Position numbers and translations under genes: made by a program. The notes beneath the pieces are model-generated. The model saw only the letters and a list, made by a program, of their open reading frames with translations. It ran no database searches and was not told the DNA's origin. A stretch of 64,000 nt of DNA from Antedon mediterranea (Eukaryota > Animalia > Echinodermata): contig NC_092680.1 of NCBI RefSeq assembly GCF_964355755.1, positions 12,595,045 to 12,659,044 on the forward strand, given 5' to 3'. Shown here piece after piece: positions 25,657 to 39,500 of this stretch; within the stretch, counting starts at the first letter, position 1; every line of letters begins with the position of its first letter.

Positions 25657-27426
25657 AACAGAAATCAATATTTTTTTAATGGGATTAAAGATTTATATTT
25701 AAAAAGTATTTACTGGGTATTATTTGAACTATGTCCTCACTGCTAAGAAATTACTATAAATTACAAAATCAAAATAAATTTTAAAACTATAGACCGATAA
25801 TGATGATGATGGATCAATAGATTTTTTAGTTGTACCTGACCATTTAAACATTCTGAGAGAAAAAAACACCTAACCTTCGTCCTTTTCGGTTACTCTTTGT
25901 AGTGTTTCGTAGTCCGTGAATTGACGTATTTTCTCCAAATTGTTGGAAACAATCAGATAAGCTTTCTTTTCCAGTTTCTGTTTCCATTTTGCTTTCTTAA
26001 CAATAATACTGAGAACGTCGTAAAAAACCCGCCAAAAATTCCAAATCAGTATGATGAAAACTAATAATACCAACACAAAATACGAAGACAGTATAGCAAA
26101 ATGCAAGTTGTACCAACACGCCAGAGAGAGGCTTAGAGAATAAATCATACACTGAGTACAATATACCAACACGGTGGGAGTATCCCACTATCAGCAGAAT
26201 TAAACCAGCGACAATGATGTTAGGGAAGAGAGTACCAACACACTGAAATCACCAACTGAGCAAAACATCCAATAAGAAAGAAGCTAAAATAACGTTACAT
26301 CACCAACAAAATTGTCAACAATATTACATTTCACCAATATTTCCGTTGTAAATTTTATTAAACGGATATTGCTATGAAATTGATATTGTTTTAATATATG
26401 TATATTATAACTATAACAATCTCATGTTATGTATGGTTATTAATTTTGTGTCAATTAAACCTTGGAAATGGTTAAGAGCTGGTCCATGATTAAAGGAAAG
26501 TGACAACGTGTAAGTCATTTTTAGTAATTTAGATTTTATTATATTCTGATAGATAGTGTTAATTAACTTTAAATGGATGTTTGTTTTTTGAGGTATACGT
26601 TATTGAAATAAATAACAAATAAAACTATATAAACAAAGTTTGTAATTCTACCACACAATCGATTTAAGGATCGTCTTTAAGAAAGCAACACCGACGAATC
26701 CAGCACCGCCCTCTTTACACTCTCGTCACATCACATATGATGGGAAAATTGAAAGAACCTAAATGAATTTGAATTAAACTACGAATATATTGGCTATATA
26801 ACGTTGTTATCGAATCAAAATTCATCATGGAATTAAGCAGATGAATATTCTAAATACTTTTCTACATATATTTAACTTTATTTCGAAAAAAATTGTAATG
26901 TTACCACACACTGCGGGTTACAAAAGTTGATTATGTCTTACGTTTATGCTACTTAAAACCAAACAAAATAAAGTAATAAAAAAGAATGACTCTTAAAAAC
27001 TAGTTTGGTGTTTTCGAATTTTATTGAATTAGACCTACAAAACCCAACGCTGAAAAAGCATATGACGAATATAGATACAACTAATACATTATATAATTTA
27101 TGTTAATCCGCTAATATAAATTCACAATGATAAGAGTTCATCAATTCTTAGTATAGTTTATATTCTATCATTTTCAATTTACACAGATCAATACACAGAG
27201 AGAGTGAGTTACTCAATCAGGTGCGGATCCAATGTGGTCCAGTCCTCCCCCACCCAAATTTCGCAAATGGTAATGCAAAAGATAGGACATCAAATTAAGT
27301 TCAGCACTCTTCATTTCACCATTTTAAAGCCCCTGGCTCCCTCTATTTCAAAATCCTGGATCCGCCACTGGTCTTTGAAAATCACGTAACTCTCACTTTC
27401 ATTAATTACTAAATATTCAATATAGT

Positions 27427-27554
27427 TCAGGTTGCAATGACCTCTACTGTTGGTTTCTTTCTTTTGTAACCCTGAATTAACCAGAAATCAAGAGTTTCAA
27501 ATATTGCCATGATACTTGCTCCGAAGAACAACCCAAGTGCACCACCGAAATCAC
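27427..27554 (-). CDS. Channel B exon 11 (TM2, GAS filter, stop)
   Basis: DFGGALGLFFGASIMAIFETLDFWLIQGYKRKKPTVEVIAT*. Confidence 0.92.
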
Positions 27555-30500
27555 CTGAAGATATAGAAAGCAAGATTTAGAAATCGCGTCTGTGAGCAAG
27601 AAGAAACGGCTAGTTCTAAAATCTATTGTGGTGTTGTACTACACTAAATACAGCCGTAAAGGCCCATTCACACTAGGACGATAACGATCGACGATAATAG
27701 ACAATAATTTGCATTTTTCATACATAAAATAAAAGAAATATAAAACCTTTTCATTCTAGAACTATAGAATAACCATCTATGCTTCTTTTGATGAAAATTA
27801 TATTTTCACACGTCCAATCAAATGACGTCATGATTAGTAATTTGATTGGAATTTTAAAATTTTATTTTTATCAAAGACAGCATAAATGATTATCCTATAG
27901 TCCTAGAACGAAACCCTTTCTAATTAGGTTATATGCATTGCAAAATGGCGTTTGAAATTTTAAAATGCTTCAAATCAATTTCTGATTAAATTAGAGCACG
28001 ATTCAGGTCATTTTAAGCGTTTAAAAAATTGCGCACGAAAACGTCAACAAATTGTGAAAATGTTCCAAAATATGTCTACTTTTAAAAATGAAACAGTTCA
28101 TCAGAATGCAAGGTTACCCCCATTTTTTATTTTATTTTCTTGCAGTGTATTAATCATAGGTCTAATTTATTATAGTCTTGAATGTTAAAGTGTTTGATGG
28201 CTACATTATTTGCATATCATCATTATTTTATTCACTTTTCAACGCGAAACAGCGTTATACGAGCACGTCTAAAGTGACAGTCTACGCACGTGTAAGTTAA
28301 CAAAATGGTGAAAATATGCTAAATTTTAAAATTAATATATATCGTTAGAATGCTCGGGAACACCTATTTTTTATTTCATTTTCTTGAAGTGTCATATGTA
28401 TGATTTATTATGAAATTAGGAGAAAAAAAGTTGATTAAGTCATCATTAATGGCATATTAAATTTAAAAAAATTAATTTCGACAATCAAACAAATTATAAC
28501 ATTTTCTTAGGCCGAAATAACAAACTTAACATTAACTTTCATATATTAAAGTTAAAAGTATATAGTTTGACAGTGCATCATTTTTAAAAATCTTTAAAAG
28601 ATGTCATCATAGTAAAACATTATAATTCATTGCGGTATGTAATAATCTATCTGCACCAAAGTGCATAGTAAATACACGGAGGAATATTTCCATAATTTTT
28701 AGTCAGTTGTGTATGGCTCGGTGGTCTTTGCTCGTGTCTATAGCATTCAAGGTACCGAATTCGAGTCTCACCTTGGGAAACGAAACGAAACGAAATAAGA
28801 TTTTTTTTTATTACCCGTATTGTTTGTTCAATTGTATTTCTTAGTGTATAGATTATACAGATGATTTATAATGAAATTTATTTAAAAACACAAATGTGGT
28901 TTATGACATTATATACGCAGAAGGATCTTTGATCGGATTATGATACCGGCTATTGTATTTGCGTTAGCAAGATCCTATCATATATTATAAATAACTAAAG
29001 ATTCTGAGAAAATCAATCAATCAAAATATCTTAAATCAATCAATTATCTTTATTTAAATCAATGCATATAACCTATAATTCGTCATAGTGACGAATTAAA
29101 TCTAGTTTCTTTTGTTTTATGTTAAAAAAATGCATGCTTATATATTTATCATCGATCGCTATCGTCCTAGTGTGAATGGGCCTTAAAGCTAAAGCCTGGT
29201 TCCCAATAGAACGCAACGCAGCGACGTATTGACGCAAAGTGATGTATTGCGTAATCACAATTGAGAACCGACGACGCAGGGGCAAACACAATTATTGGAA
29301 GGGAATTTTCTTACGTTGCGTAGGTTGCGTTACGTTGCTAGTGAGAACAAATCTTTACGGTGGGCTGACATTCATTGCGTTGCGTCAAAGTGGGAACCAT
29401 GGTTAAAAGTCTAAAAGTTAATTTAAAATTTAACATTTTGTTTTGTTTAATTGTCAGATTCTAGTAAGCCTACTCTAAAACGTGGTTCCCACTAGCGATG
29501 CGTGAAATCAAAGATGCGATGTTTTCCGTCGGTTACCACTTGTGATTACGCAATACTGCGCTCTGTGTCGATACGTCGCTGCGTTACGTTGCGTTGCGTT
29601 CTAGTGGGAACCACGCTTAAAATAATATACTTACATATGAGAGAAAATAATTTGTATTTTGGTTGATCAATCAGTTCTTCCACTTTCAAGGTTTCGAAGT
29701 AAATTTGAACTCGAGCGAAATTATCTCTGAAAAATTTAGTTGTACAATTGTACAGTTTCTGACATTTTATGGTTGTCAAAATAGTTATTGAAAATTCTAA
29801 TAAAACATTTACAAATACTATAAACATATATCCAGAAGAATTAATAATAACTTAGTTAAATAAATTAAACTCAGTTAACTGTTACAATAAAATATATTAT
29901 TAAAAATGCTTTTACCTGATAAATTCTGTAGCCAATTCTAAGCTGTCATATTCTTTTATCAACACTTCCAACTTGTTGACAAACAGATCGTTTATATATA
30001 CATATTGATCTTTATAAATGACATCAAACATGTAATCATAAACCTGTTCACCCATCGTGTTGTTCCAGCCTTCAGGATCATCAATCTGAGCACCACATTT
30101 ATTCAACTCACTTTGTACTTTTACATCTAGGCCAAATTCCCCAATGTAATATTCAGTTGTATTTTTTATTTCAAAATATATCAACGAATTATACTCGGTT
30201 GAATATTGTGGATCGGTTTTATATACATAGCCAGTGTACATTTGATTTAGAAGTTGCGATGAAACGATGTATTTAATACTATATACAAACTCGTAGAGGA
30301 CGTATTCAAACAACGAAGTACAACTCCACTTCAGCAGGTCACTGTGGCCGACTTGGTATTCTGCTGGTTTCACTGTATTCATGGCATCTCTTGTAGTATT
30401 TAAAACGTAAAAGTACAACAGATTATCCGTCCCGTAACCCGTATCTTTGTTGTACAGGTCATACGAGGAATGTTTACTGAAATCAATAAACGAAACAATT

Positions 30501-33500
30501 ATAAACAAATCATCTCTGATTTGTTCAAATTGTCTGTTGTTATCATTGACGAAATGAAGTGAAATGGATTTAACCCAATATCGGTTTCTTCGGTTATGTT
30601 TAAACCTAAAATGTCACTTTCTATAGATACATATATTCTTCACTGGGCCTATTTCATATTGATTACTGATATCATATTGATTACTGATATCATATTGATT
30701 AATGATAGTATATTGATTACTGATATCATATTGATCACCAATATCATATTGGTTACTGATATCATATTGATTACCGATATCATATTGATTACCGATATCA
30801 TATTAATTACTGATATCATATTGATTACTGATATCATATTGATTACTGATATTATATTGATTACTGATATCATATTGATCACTGATATCATATTGATTAC
30901 CGATATCTAATTGGTTACCGATATCATATTGATTACTGATATATTGACTACTGATATAATATTTATTACTGGTATCATATTTATTACTGGTATCATATTT
31001 ATTACTGGTATCATATTGATTACTGATATGATGATATTTATTACTGGTATCATATTGATTACTGATATCATATTGATTACCGATATCATATTGATTACTG
31101 GTATCATATTGATTACTGATATCATATTGATTACTGGTATCATATTTGTAGGATTTATAGCAAATCCAAGTTGTAGTGCGCACCCAGGAATTATGTCAGT
31201 TGCTATCCTAGATGTTGAACGCGCGTGTAGTACAGTAGTTTGGAAAGGACTAGAAAGAAAATCAAGGTGTAACGAATGCTAACCAGTAATGATTGAAACC
31301 AATGTTAATTAATGCTAACCAGTATAGAATAAACCTATGTGTAATGATTAATTTAGTAGCAGTATAATATTTTGTTTCAGTTACTAATTGACGGGTCGAA
31401 AGTATGACAGTATGCTAGGGATTTGCCTGACAACAGTGAGTTATTGAACTAATGTTATAATAGCATTTCAATAATACGTCAGTTATTGTTTTTTAACATG
31501 TGCGTTATGGCTATTGTATGTTTTCAGATTTGAATGAAATCGTTTTCTGCTGAATAAATCATCTCTAAAACACAGGCATATCTCAGTCGTGATTATTGTT
31601 TATAATAAAGTACTTTCCTTACAATATTGATTACTGATATCATATTGATTACTGGTATCATATTTGTTTTGGCCCCGTAGACGGTCCATACTGCGTAGAG
31701 TAGATGCGCAGAATTAGTCACGGTACAACAACAGATTGTATCATGAAAGTTATCTGTAAGTTTTATTTAATAAATCATTATACTTATGTTGCATATCAAA
31801 GTTACCCGATGAGGTCATTCTAGTTAGTTGCTAGATTTATATTGAAATTATTGTTAAAGATGATGATACGTACATGTTGTGTACTGTGCGACGGACGGAA
31901 ATCTGTGATGTTATGGTGTTGCGTTAACAAACACGGTGAAACGGTATATTAAAATGGACCTGAAATGGAATTTCGATTTTCAAGAAATTCACACATGTTA
32001 TTTAAATGTATCAAATTAACACAAACCCACACAAATAAAAACAAAATGTATAGTATTTTGAGTAAAAACGAAATTTTAAGATACCATGGTAAATTAGCGA
32101 AAATTACTCACGCCATTGCAATATTCTATTTCAACGACCGTCGGAAGCCTCTATATTCACGACGTCACATATACATACGATGATATCGAGAGCGTGACGT
32201 GTATGCCGCCCGATAGTCAGTGAATGATCGACGGCCTGGAAAGATACGCGAAGCGTTGACACTTAAATACTAATTTATTCAATATCTAATGTTGTTGAAA
32301 TATAGGTCCCTAAAATGTACTTCGTTTGTTCTAAAACCCGAATTTAGAAGGCCTACCTCCCAAACCTTTACTAGGCCTAGGCCCCCAATCCAGAGCGCGG
32401 AGTCGATCCACCACCCACATCATAATATAATAATAAATGAAAACTTATATAGCGCCGGTATCCTCCACCCATGTGGCGCTCATGGCGCTTTGTGCATTAA
32501 CAACGTGCGAGAACATCAGCGAATAGCGACGTCTTTAGGTTGGTCTTGAAACTGTTTAGACTAGTTGAGCATTTAACTGTTGCTGGTAAGCTGTTCCATA
32601 CACTTGCGGCCGCAACGTAAAAAGATCTCTGACCCCACTGATTTTTCGCTCTACGCTCTTGAAGAAGGTTTTGTGACAATGATCGTAGGCCTCTGCGGGA
32701 TGATTCGTAACGATCCACAAGGTCAGATAAATAAGCAGGAGCACTGTCATTTAGGATCTTGAATACAAACAACGCAAGTTTGTACTTAATACGTTGTTGA
32801 ACAGGCAACCAATGCAAATCCATCAGGACAGGAGTTATGTGAGCGTTTGATTTTGTATAAGTTACAATTCTAGCTGCCATATTTTGCAAGCGCTGCAAAC
32901 GTTTGATTTGAGATTTTGGTATGCCAAACAACAAGGCATTACCAATGTCAATTTTAGAAGTGACAAATGAGTGTACAATCAATTCAGCTGTTTTCTTGTT
33001 AAGATTACCGCGAATACGACCAAGGTTCCTAATCGATATGCATGCTGCTTTGGATACAGTTGTTATTTGTGCTTCCATAGTGAGATTACTATCCAGCATG
33101 ATTCCCAGATTCCGGACCACCGATGAGGGAGCGATGTTAGAGTTTCCGATTCTGATATGTGTGATGTTGATTTTGGAGATGTTACATTTAGACCCGACGA
33201 TAATAAACTCTGTCTTTCCATCATTCAACTTTAGGTAATTTGTTGTCATCCAATTGCGAACATCTTCTATACAGGCTTCCATCTTACTGATTGCTGCAGC
33301 AACATCCCTTTTCACTGGATTTACTGACACATAAATCTGTGTATCATCTGCATAGAAATGGAAATGTAGACTGTGTTTGCGAATAATGTCACCAAGGGGA
33401 AGCGTATAAATGGAAAACTGGCCAGGCCCAATTACTGACCCCTGTGGTACACCATATTCCAGGCAAGCTTCATCTGAGAATGCATCATTGATACAGACTA

Positions 33501-36500
33501 GCTGACGTCTTCCTGTAAGATATGACTGGAACCAGTTAAGAGCAACACCATTTATGCCAATGTGATTTCTCAGACGGGTTATCAGTCTTTGGTGATCAAC
33601 TGTATCAAACGCTGCTGACAAATCCAACAACACCAATAGCGTTATTTTCCCATCATTCAGTCCTTGTAACAAATCATTCTGTACCTTTAAAAGGGAACTC
33701 TCCGTGCTATGACATGCACGATATGCCGACTGGTAATTCCCATTTAAATTATGCTTTTGAAGATATGGAGTAATGCGTGATGTCACTACACGCTCCAGAG
33801 TCTTTCCAAGAAAAGAAAGATTCGACACCGGGCGGTAATTTTTCAGCGTGTTATGATCCAAGTTTTGCTTTTTTATTAAAGGACGAACGTGAGCAATTTT
33901 CAGTTCATCTGGCACTATGCCGGTATTAAGAGAATGGTTAATGATTTCCGTTATTATTGGAACGACTGCGTCTATACACTTCTTCAGTATAGAAGTAGGA
34001 ACTGGATCTAACCTGCATGATTTTGTTGGTGATTTCATCAGAATGTTGCGGATCTCATCTTGAGATGCTGGTGTAAATGTTGTGAGATGCTGATGAACAG
34101 CTGTCACAGGCTCATTAAATGAAATGTCATCAATCTTGAAGTCGTCTCTGATGATCATGTGGCGAGGCTCCGTTTCATGTGTATCCAAGGACGTACCAAA
34201 GCGATATCAACAACTTACTGCGCTCATTGTCAATCCAAAGTAAAATATGAATAAAATTCGTTTTTGAACTGCCTGATTCGTGACAAATAAATTATCATCT
34301 CATATTACTAATTTAATTCTGCTAAACTAAAAACTAAAGAAACTAACAAATTTTAGCAGTATAAATTACGAACGATATACAAAATACACGAACGGAAAAT
34401 ATGGATACGCATCATTGCGCACGGAGCTGTATCCCGGACAACGTTGCCAGGCCAACTTCGGTATTGCCAGAAAAAAACCGTTGATTTTAAGATTTTAAAT
34501 CGTCATTTACTCGATGAATAACCGTTTATACGGTAATAATTTTATCTAAAAAAATTCTAAATACGTTTCTGCAAATGCACAAGCATTTTTTAGAAAATAC
34601 TCCATAGATTTCAAGAGTTATAACCAAAAAACTGCAAATTTTCCATTGGAGGGATAGGAATATATTCGCAAAGTGACGTCACCCGCGAATATTTTTTGAT
34701 TTTCAAATGGGGCTTTCCCCAAAAGGGCCAATTTATATTTTGTAACAATATACATTCTAGCAACACCTAATAGCCCCCAAAACATCATTCTAAAATGAAA
34801 AAAATCGAAAATCCATTTCAGGTCCATTTTAAGTTAATTATGGATGTTATTTTGTTCTTATGTGACAGGGATACAGTATATCTGATATTCTATCTCGAGA
34901 TTAAGATGTCTATGAGTTCTGTGAGGGCAGATGTCCACTAGTCTGTAAGTTGGCTGTCTGCTGAGGAATATTGTTACTTTATTGTATGATTTATCAGACT
35001 TAAAATTATAATGCCTTGGATTATTTATGCACTAAAATGTATGACGTCATATTGATAATATGCATTGAGTTTGATATGATTGATGTTAATGAAGTATAAT
35101 AGTTGTTGTTTCTCTTGTTATGATTTGCAGTTTCACTCGTTGGAATAATAAATTGCTGTAGACGTATAGTTCGTTTGTTGTCCATTTGTTTGCCTGTCAC
35201 GAGTTTACCTAACTGGATAGAGGGCACCGTTTGTACCCTTGAGACCAGTACAATATTGATTACTGATATCATATTGATTAATAATGTTTAACCAGTTCAC
35301 AAACCTGATAGAACATCCTAAAGCCAATATTATCATGTCTATATCATCTGCCACCCTCATTATATCTGCAACACCCCTTGATGGATAAGCACTGAACGAC
35401 ATCGATGTTTTGTACACTTCTTGTATACATTCCTCCGGACAATCACAAATGTTATTCCTCATAGATAAAAAATGTGCTGAAATAAAGTTAATTACATCTT
35501 TGAATTATTTAAAATTCGCATATATATTGTGCATTTAATCTGAGGTTATTGTGTACTATAAGCATTCAAAAGCGCCTTGAGCACATTTGGTGGCGAATTG
35601 CGCTCTAGAAATCTGTATTATTATTATCTATATATAAATTTACGTGAGGGCAAAATTCGGTAAATCGCGCGTTATTTCTAGAATGTTTACTCGATTGGTT
35701 CGTACTTTCGATACTGATTTTAACCACCTGATGTTAACCTGTTTACTAATTAAATTGAGTTCGATAATTAGTTATTGACAATTAAAACGAATTTAGGTTC
35801 AACGATTTTCTCCAAATAGGGGTGTTTTCCGATCGTGGTATACACTGTCTAATGCGTGTCCATCTTGAAAAATACCCGCATACAATAATACGAGGATGAT
35901 TCGCATTTACCTATCTCCTCCTACGATAATTGTTTTTAATGGCTGAAAACTGGTTGAACAGCTCGACTACAGTATCATAATGTTGAAGTATATACTATTA
36001 CTAATACTATTTTGATAGATTTAATATACGTTTATACAAATGTATTGATTTGCAATGAATGGAACATTCCAAATTATTTGGTTTAACCATGCTTGCATAC
36101 CTCCATGGTTTAACACAAGTAGGTAAATTTATGGGCCCTTGGAGAATAAAGATAAATAGTATTGTAATGCTATACAATACTGTAAATAGGTATTAAGCAC
36201 TTTTGATCACCATTTGAATCGCAAATTTCTTATTGTGTGTGTTGGTACTTTTAGATATAATATAACCATAATACTAATAAACTTTATTACTGTGAGCGTG
36301 GGTAGCCCCTAGGTTTAGATTATAAACACATAATAATATAATACTTTATTACTGAAAGTTGCTTCTTAACGTTTGTATTAATAAATAATTACAAAAAGTA
36401 TAAATGTCATTACATGTACTTTACTATTTCAATCGACTATTACAGTGACAATTTTAACAGTTATTAAATCGGAAATGTTTTACTCTATTTAGTGGTATAT

Positions 36501-39500
36501 TATTAATATAGGCATGTAAAAAAATATTTCGTTACTTATTGGAAAATAAAGAAATATAAAGAATAATTTAATATAAAGAATATATTAAAAAATTGTTCCT
36601 CTTTGTATTTATCCTCATCCCCAACCCTAAACACAAACTGGGTTTGTTTAAATGAGTCCAAATCAAACATTTGGACTCATTTTGTGACAAGTTTCTCTTT
36701 TGGAAGTAATTCGCAGGGTGCTAATTTTGGTTGACTACATGAATCATTGTGTCTATTTATTTGTTTCTGTAAACGACAACGTTTTATAGTCATGCGGTAC
36801 ATACATTTGAAATCGCCATTTTTTTAAACTGTGAAATTACTATGTATTCGAGAACCATCTCTGGGCAGGACCTAGTTATTATAATTATTATTAAATATTA
36901 TTTAACGGATGAATTGATACTGAATGGATAAAGGTGGATGTGATCATTATACATTCTTTTTATAGGAAGTTGGTAGACTTGATATTCATTGGAATATAAT
37001 GTTCCTGATGTATAAAATACTTACTGTAACTATGGAGATAACATTCGGATATTTGCTTTGGTGAACAAAATGGGGTATTTTGTCCTGCAAAAATGAAAAA
37101 AAATATAATATAACGCAACGCAATATTATATATATATATATAATATAATATAATAGGCCTATATATATTTTTTTTAAATAATTGAACTCTTTAAATGTGG
37201 ATAAATCCTGAATGTTTATCCAATAATTGAAGTTTAACTTTTTACAAATTTAGGATATAACAATATAACTTTTGTTGTAACAGTTACTTTTTTCTTTTAA
37301 ATTTAAATTTTCAGATTACTATTTCTCACTTTTTTCCTCTCTAGTTTCTCATTACCTTACTTAAGTGTTTTCAAATAAGTTAATTAAATAGTCCAAACCT
37401 CCTGGTAAATAATAATTTCTGCACGAGCAATTTTGAACCATAAACTCTGATTCACATTCCATAAGACATTTATTCTGTGAGTAAGGTTCACTTAAGTACC
37501 TAAGCGAACGAGCGCCCTCTTCAATACATTCACCGTATGGTTTAGGTAGGTTAACAACCTGTTGATGAGACAACTTCTAATGTTCGATGACTTGGTACCT
37601 TTACTAGGTCATTATGTTAAAAGACAACTTTACTGAGAACCATATTTTGACAACGTATTAAGGATATAAATTTCGGCGAGCGCGCGCGGCCATATCGTAA
37701 ATCTCGCAATATGTTCTGAAATCATATGTACATCCCTAATACGTTGTCAAAATATGGTCTTTGGTGAAAGTTGTCCTTTAATTTGAATGCGGAGATACTG
37801 GACGTGATTCTCCACTAAATTCCTTGACATGTGCTAAGGAAGGTCCAGGTGATGACCGTAACACAAGGTTCTAGTTCGTGACGTGGCACTCTAATAATTA
37901 TCACACATGCAGACAATTTTAAATAGGATCGGAATTGAATTCAATTCATTATAGGAACTATGTTGCGTATTTTAGTCATCCGTCAGGTCAGTCATGTCGG
38001 CATATTTTGTATTTATTTGAAAATGTACCTTAGATTTTCTAATTGTAATTTGTGTTTGTGTTCCCGTTGAAACGTCAATACCAGAAGATTGTAAATCTGG
38101 AATGTCGTGTTTGCTTGCAACAGAAATTCTAAATCCAATATTTTCTCTCGGTGCTGAATAGAAGTCATACTTCTCTACATTTAAAATCAAAGATAACCCG
38201 TATGTCGTGCCTGAATATATAAATAAATAAATTCGTTTAAAATTAATATTATGCACACTGGTTATTGATCATTCCAAAAATAAGTGTGTTTTGTTTTGGC
38301 GTCTTGGATGATAAACCTGGAAAAATTGAGTCGGAAGATAAACAGAAGAACGTTAAACTGGTACGGTCATCTAAGAGGACTCACAGATAATACACCTGCA
38401 AATTAGCTCTACATGAAGATAACAAGAAAGTGAAAATACTACTTGAAAATATGGAAAAATGGAAAAAAGATGAAATAAAAACAGTATCAAATTAAGCTGG
38501 CCTACTTAAACACAACCGGCCCGCGATTTTTTTTTCCGTACGAGAGTTCCTCCATCGGTTCGTTTCGGACTCAATCGACTCTTCGGTAAGCCACCGATGC
38601 TCACTGATGCGTGACAGCAACCACAAAACGTGAGCAGCTTTTTTGCACGAGTGACAAATTTATACATACTATACTAGAGGCCTAATACTATACTCACTGT
38701 AAATATAATAATAAATATTAATAGTAGTACTGAACGTCATTGTAATAATAATAATAGTCCTAGAATTTTAATAATATAATACTGTATAGGCAGCCACAAA
38801 CCAATGTATGTACCATCAGATTCACAAACAGTAACACACACACAGCAGCAGCACTTTGTTGGTCGTCACAAACAAGGCCTAGCTAGCCTAGCCCTACGTA
38901 CGTGCATGGAGTACTCCATGGTACGTGTGCTTCAATGTAGTACATTCCATCTACTGTCTACAGTAGTAGTAGATGTTTTTATCAAGAAAATTACAATTTT
39001 CTTCAGGTTTTTAAGTGTAACATTTGAAAAATTGTATACATTATAGGCCTAGTATTAGTAACATGTATTCTTGTAAGTTGTAATGTATAGAAACACATGC
39101 TTGCTTATAAAGCGTTTAATATTGTGTTAACTTAATTAAAACTCCAAAGTTGCCTATTATTAAAAGTCTGAAATCTTTTTTTCAAGATTGGGGATAATTA
39201 ATACGTACACCTTTAACGTAAAATTTCCATTACCTTACAATATAAATATTAATTTAATAATATTATTTTAAAAGGGTATAAAAAACATACACTGTGCATA
39301 GGAATTCCTACTGTACATAATCATTTTAAATTCAAAAGTAATACCTTGCATAGGCTTACACAAGCTAGGCTAGCTACAATACCATAAACGATAAGAAAAG
39401 AGCCTCTCGTTCGTGACAAAAGGTCGTTCAACTTCAAAAAATAATATCTGAAACGACCTACTAATTACTATTGGGTCGTAGACCTAAATATCTTCAATAT

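Larger units (their letters stand above)
4827..25987 (-). pseudogene. DEG/ENaC (ASIC/BASIC-like) channel paralog C, disrupted in this haplotype
   Basis: Exons: e1 25875-25987 (METETG...ENTSIHGLRN), e2 21910-22077 (TM1, FPNITICNIN), e3 20915-21145, e4 not found, e5 15535-15716, e6 15048-15201, e7 14731-14790, e8 split into 14575-14634 and 6584-6704, e9 5900-6415, e10 5300-5391, e11 4827-4942 (CDFGGSLGLFFGAS). All GT-AG, with phases matching copy B. Confidence 0.88.

Noticed and set aside
25870-26172. Hydrophobic 100-aa ORF resembling a membrane protein
   Set aside because: It overlaps the real exon 1 of copy C in another frame; the hydrophobicity reflects T-rich upstream sequence.
26490-27405. 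Possible TTAA-flanked element between genes B and C
   Set aside because: The terminal match is too short and degenerate to support.
28703-28780. tRNA-like sequences here and at ~24830 and ~63080-63156
   Set aside because: No full cloverleaf; they continue into SINE bodies or repeats, so they are not tRNA genes.
30596-31282. ITDIIL, MISVIN and SNQYDI repeat ORFs
   Set aside because: 18-bp minisatellite open in several frames on both strands; no splice support.
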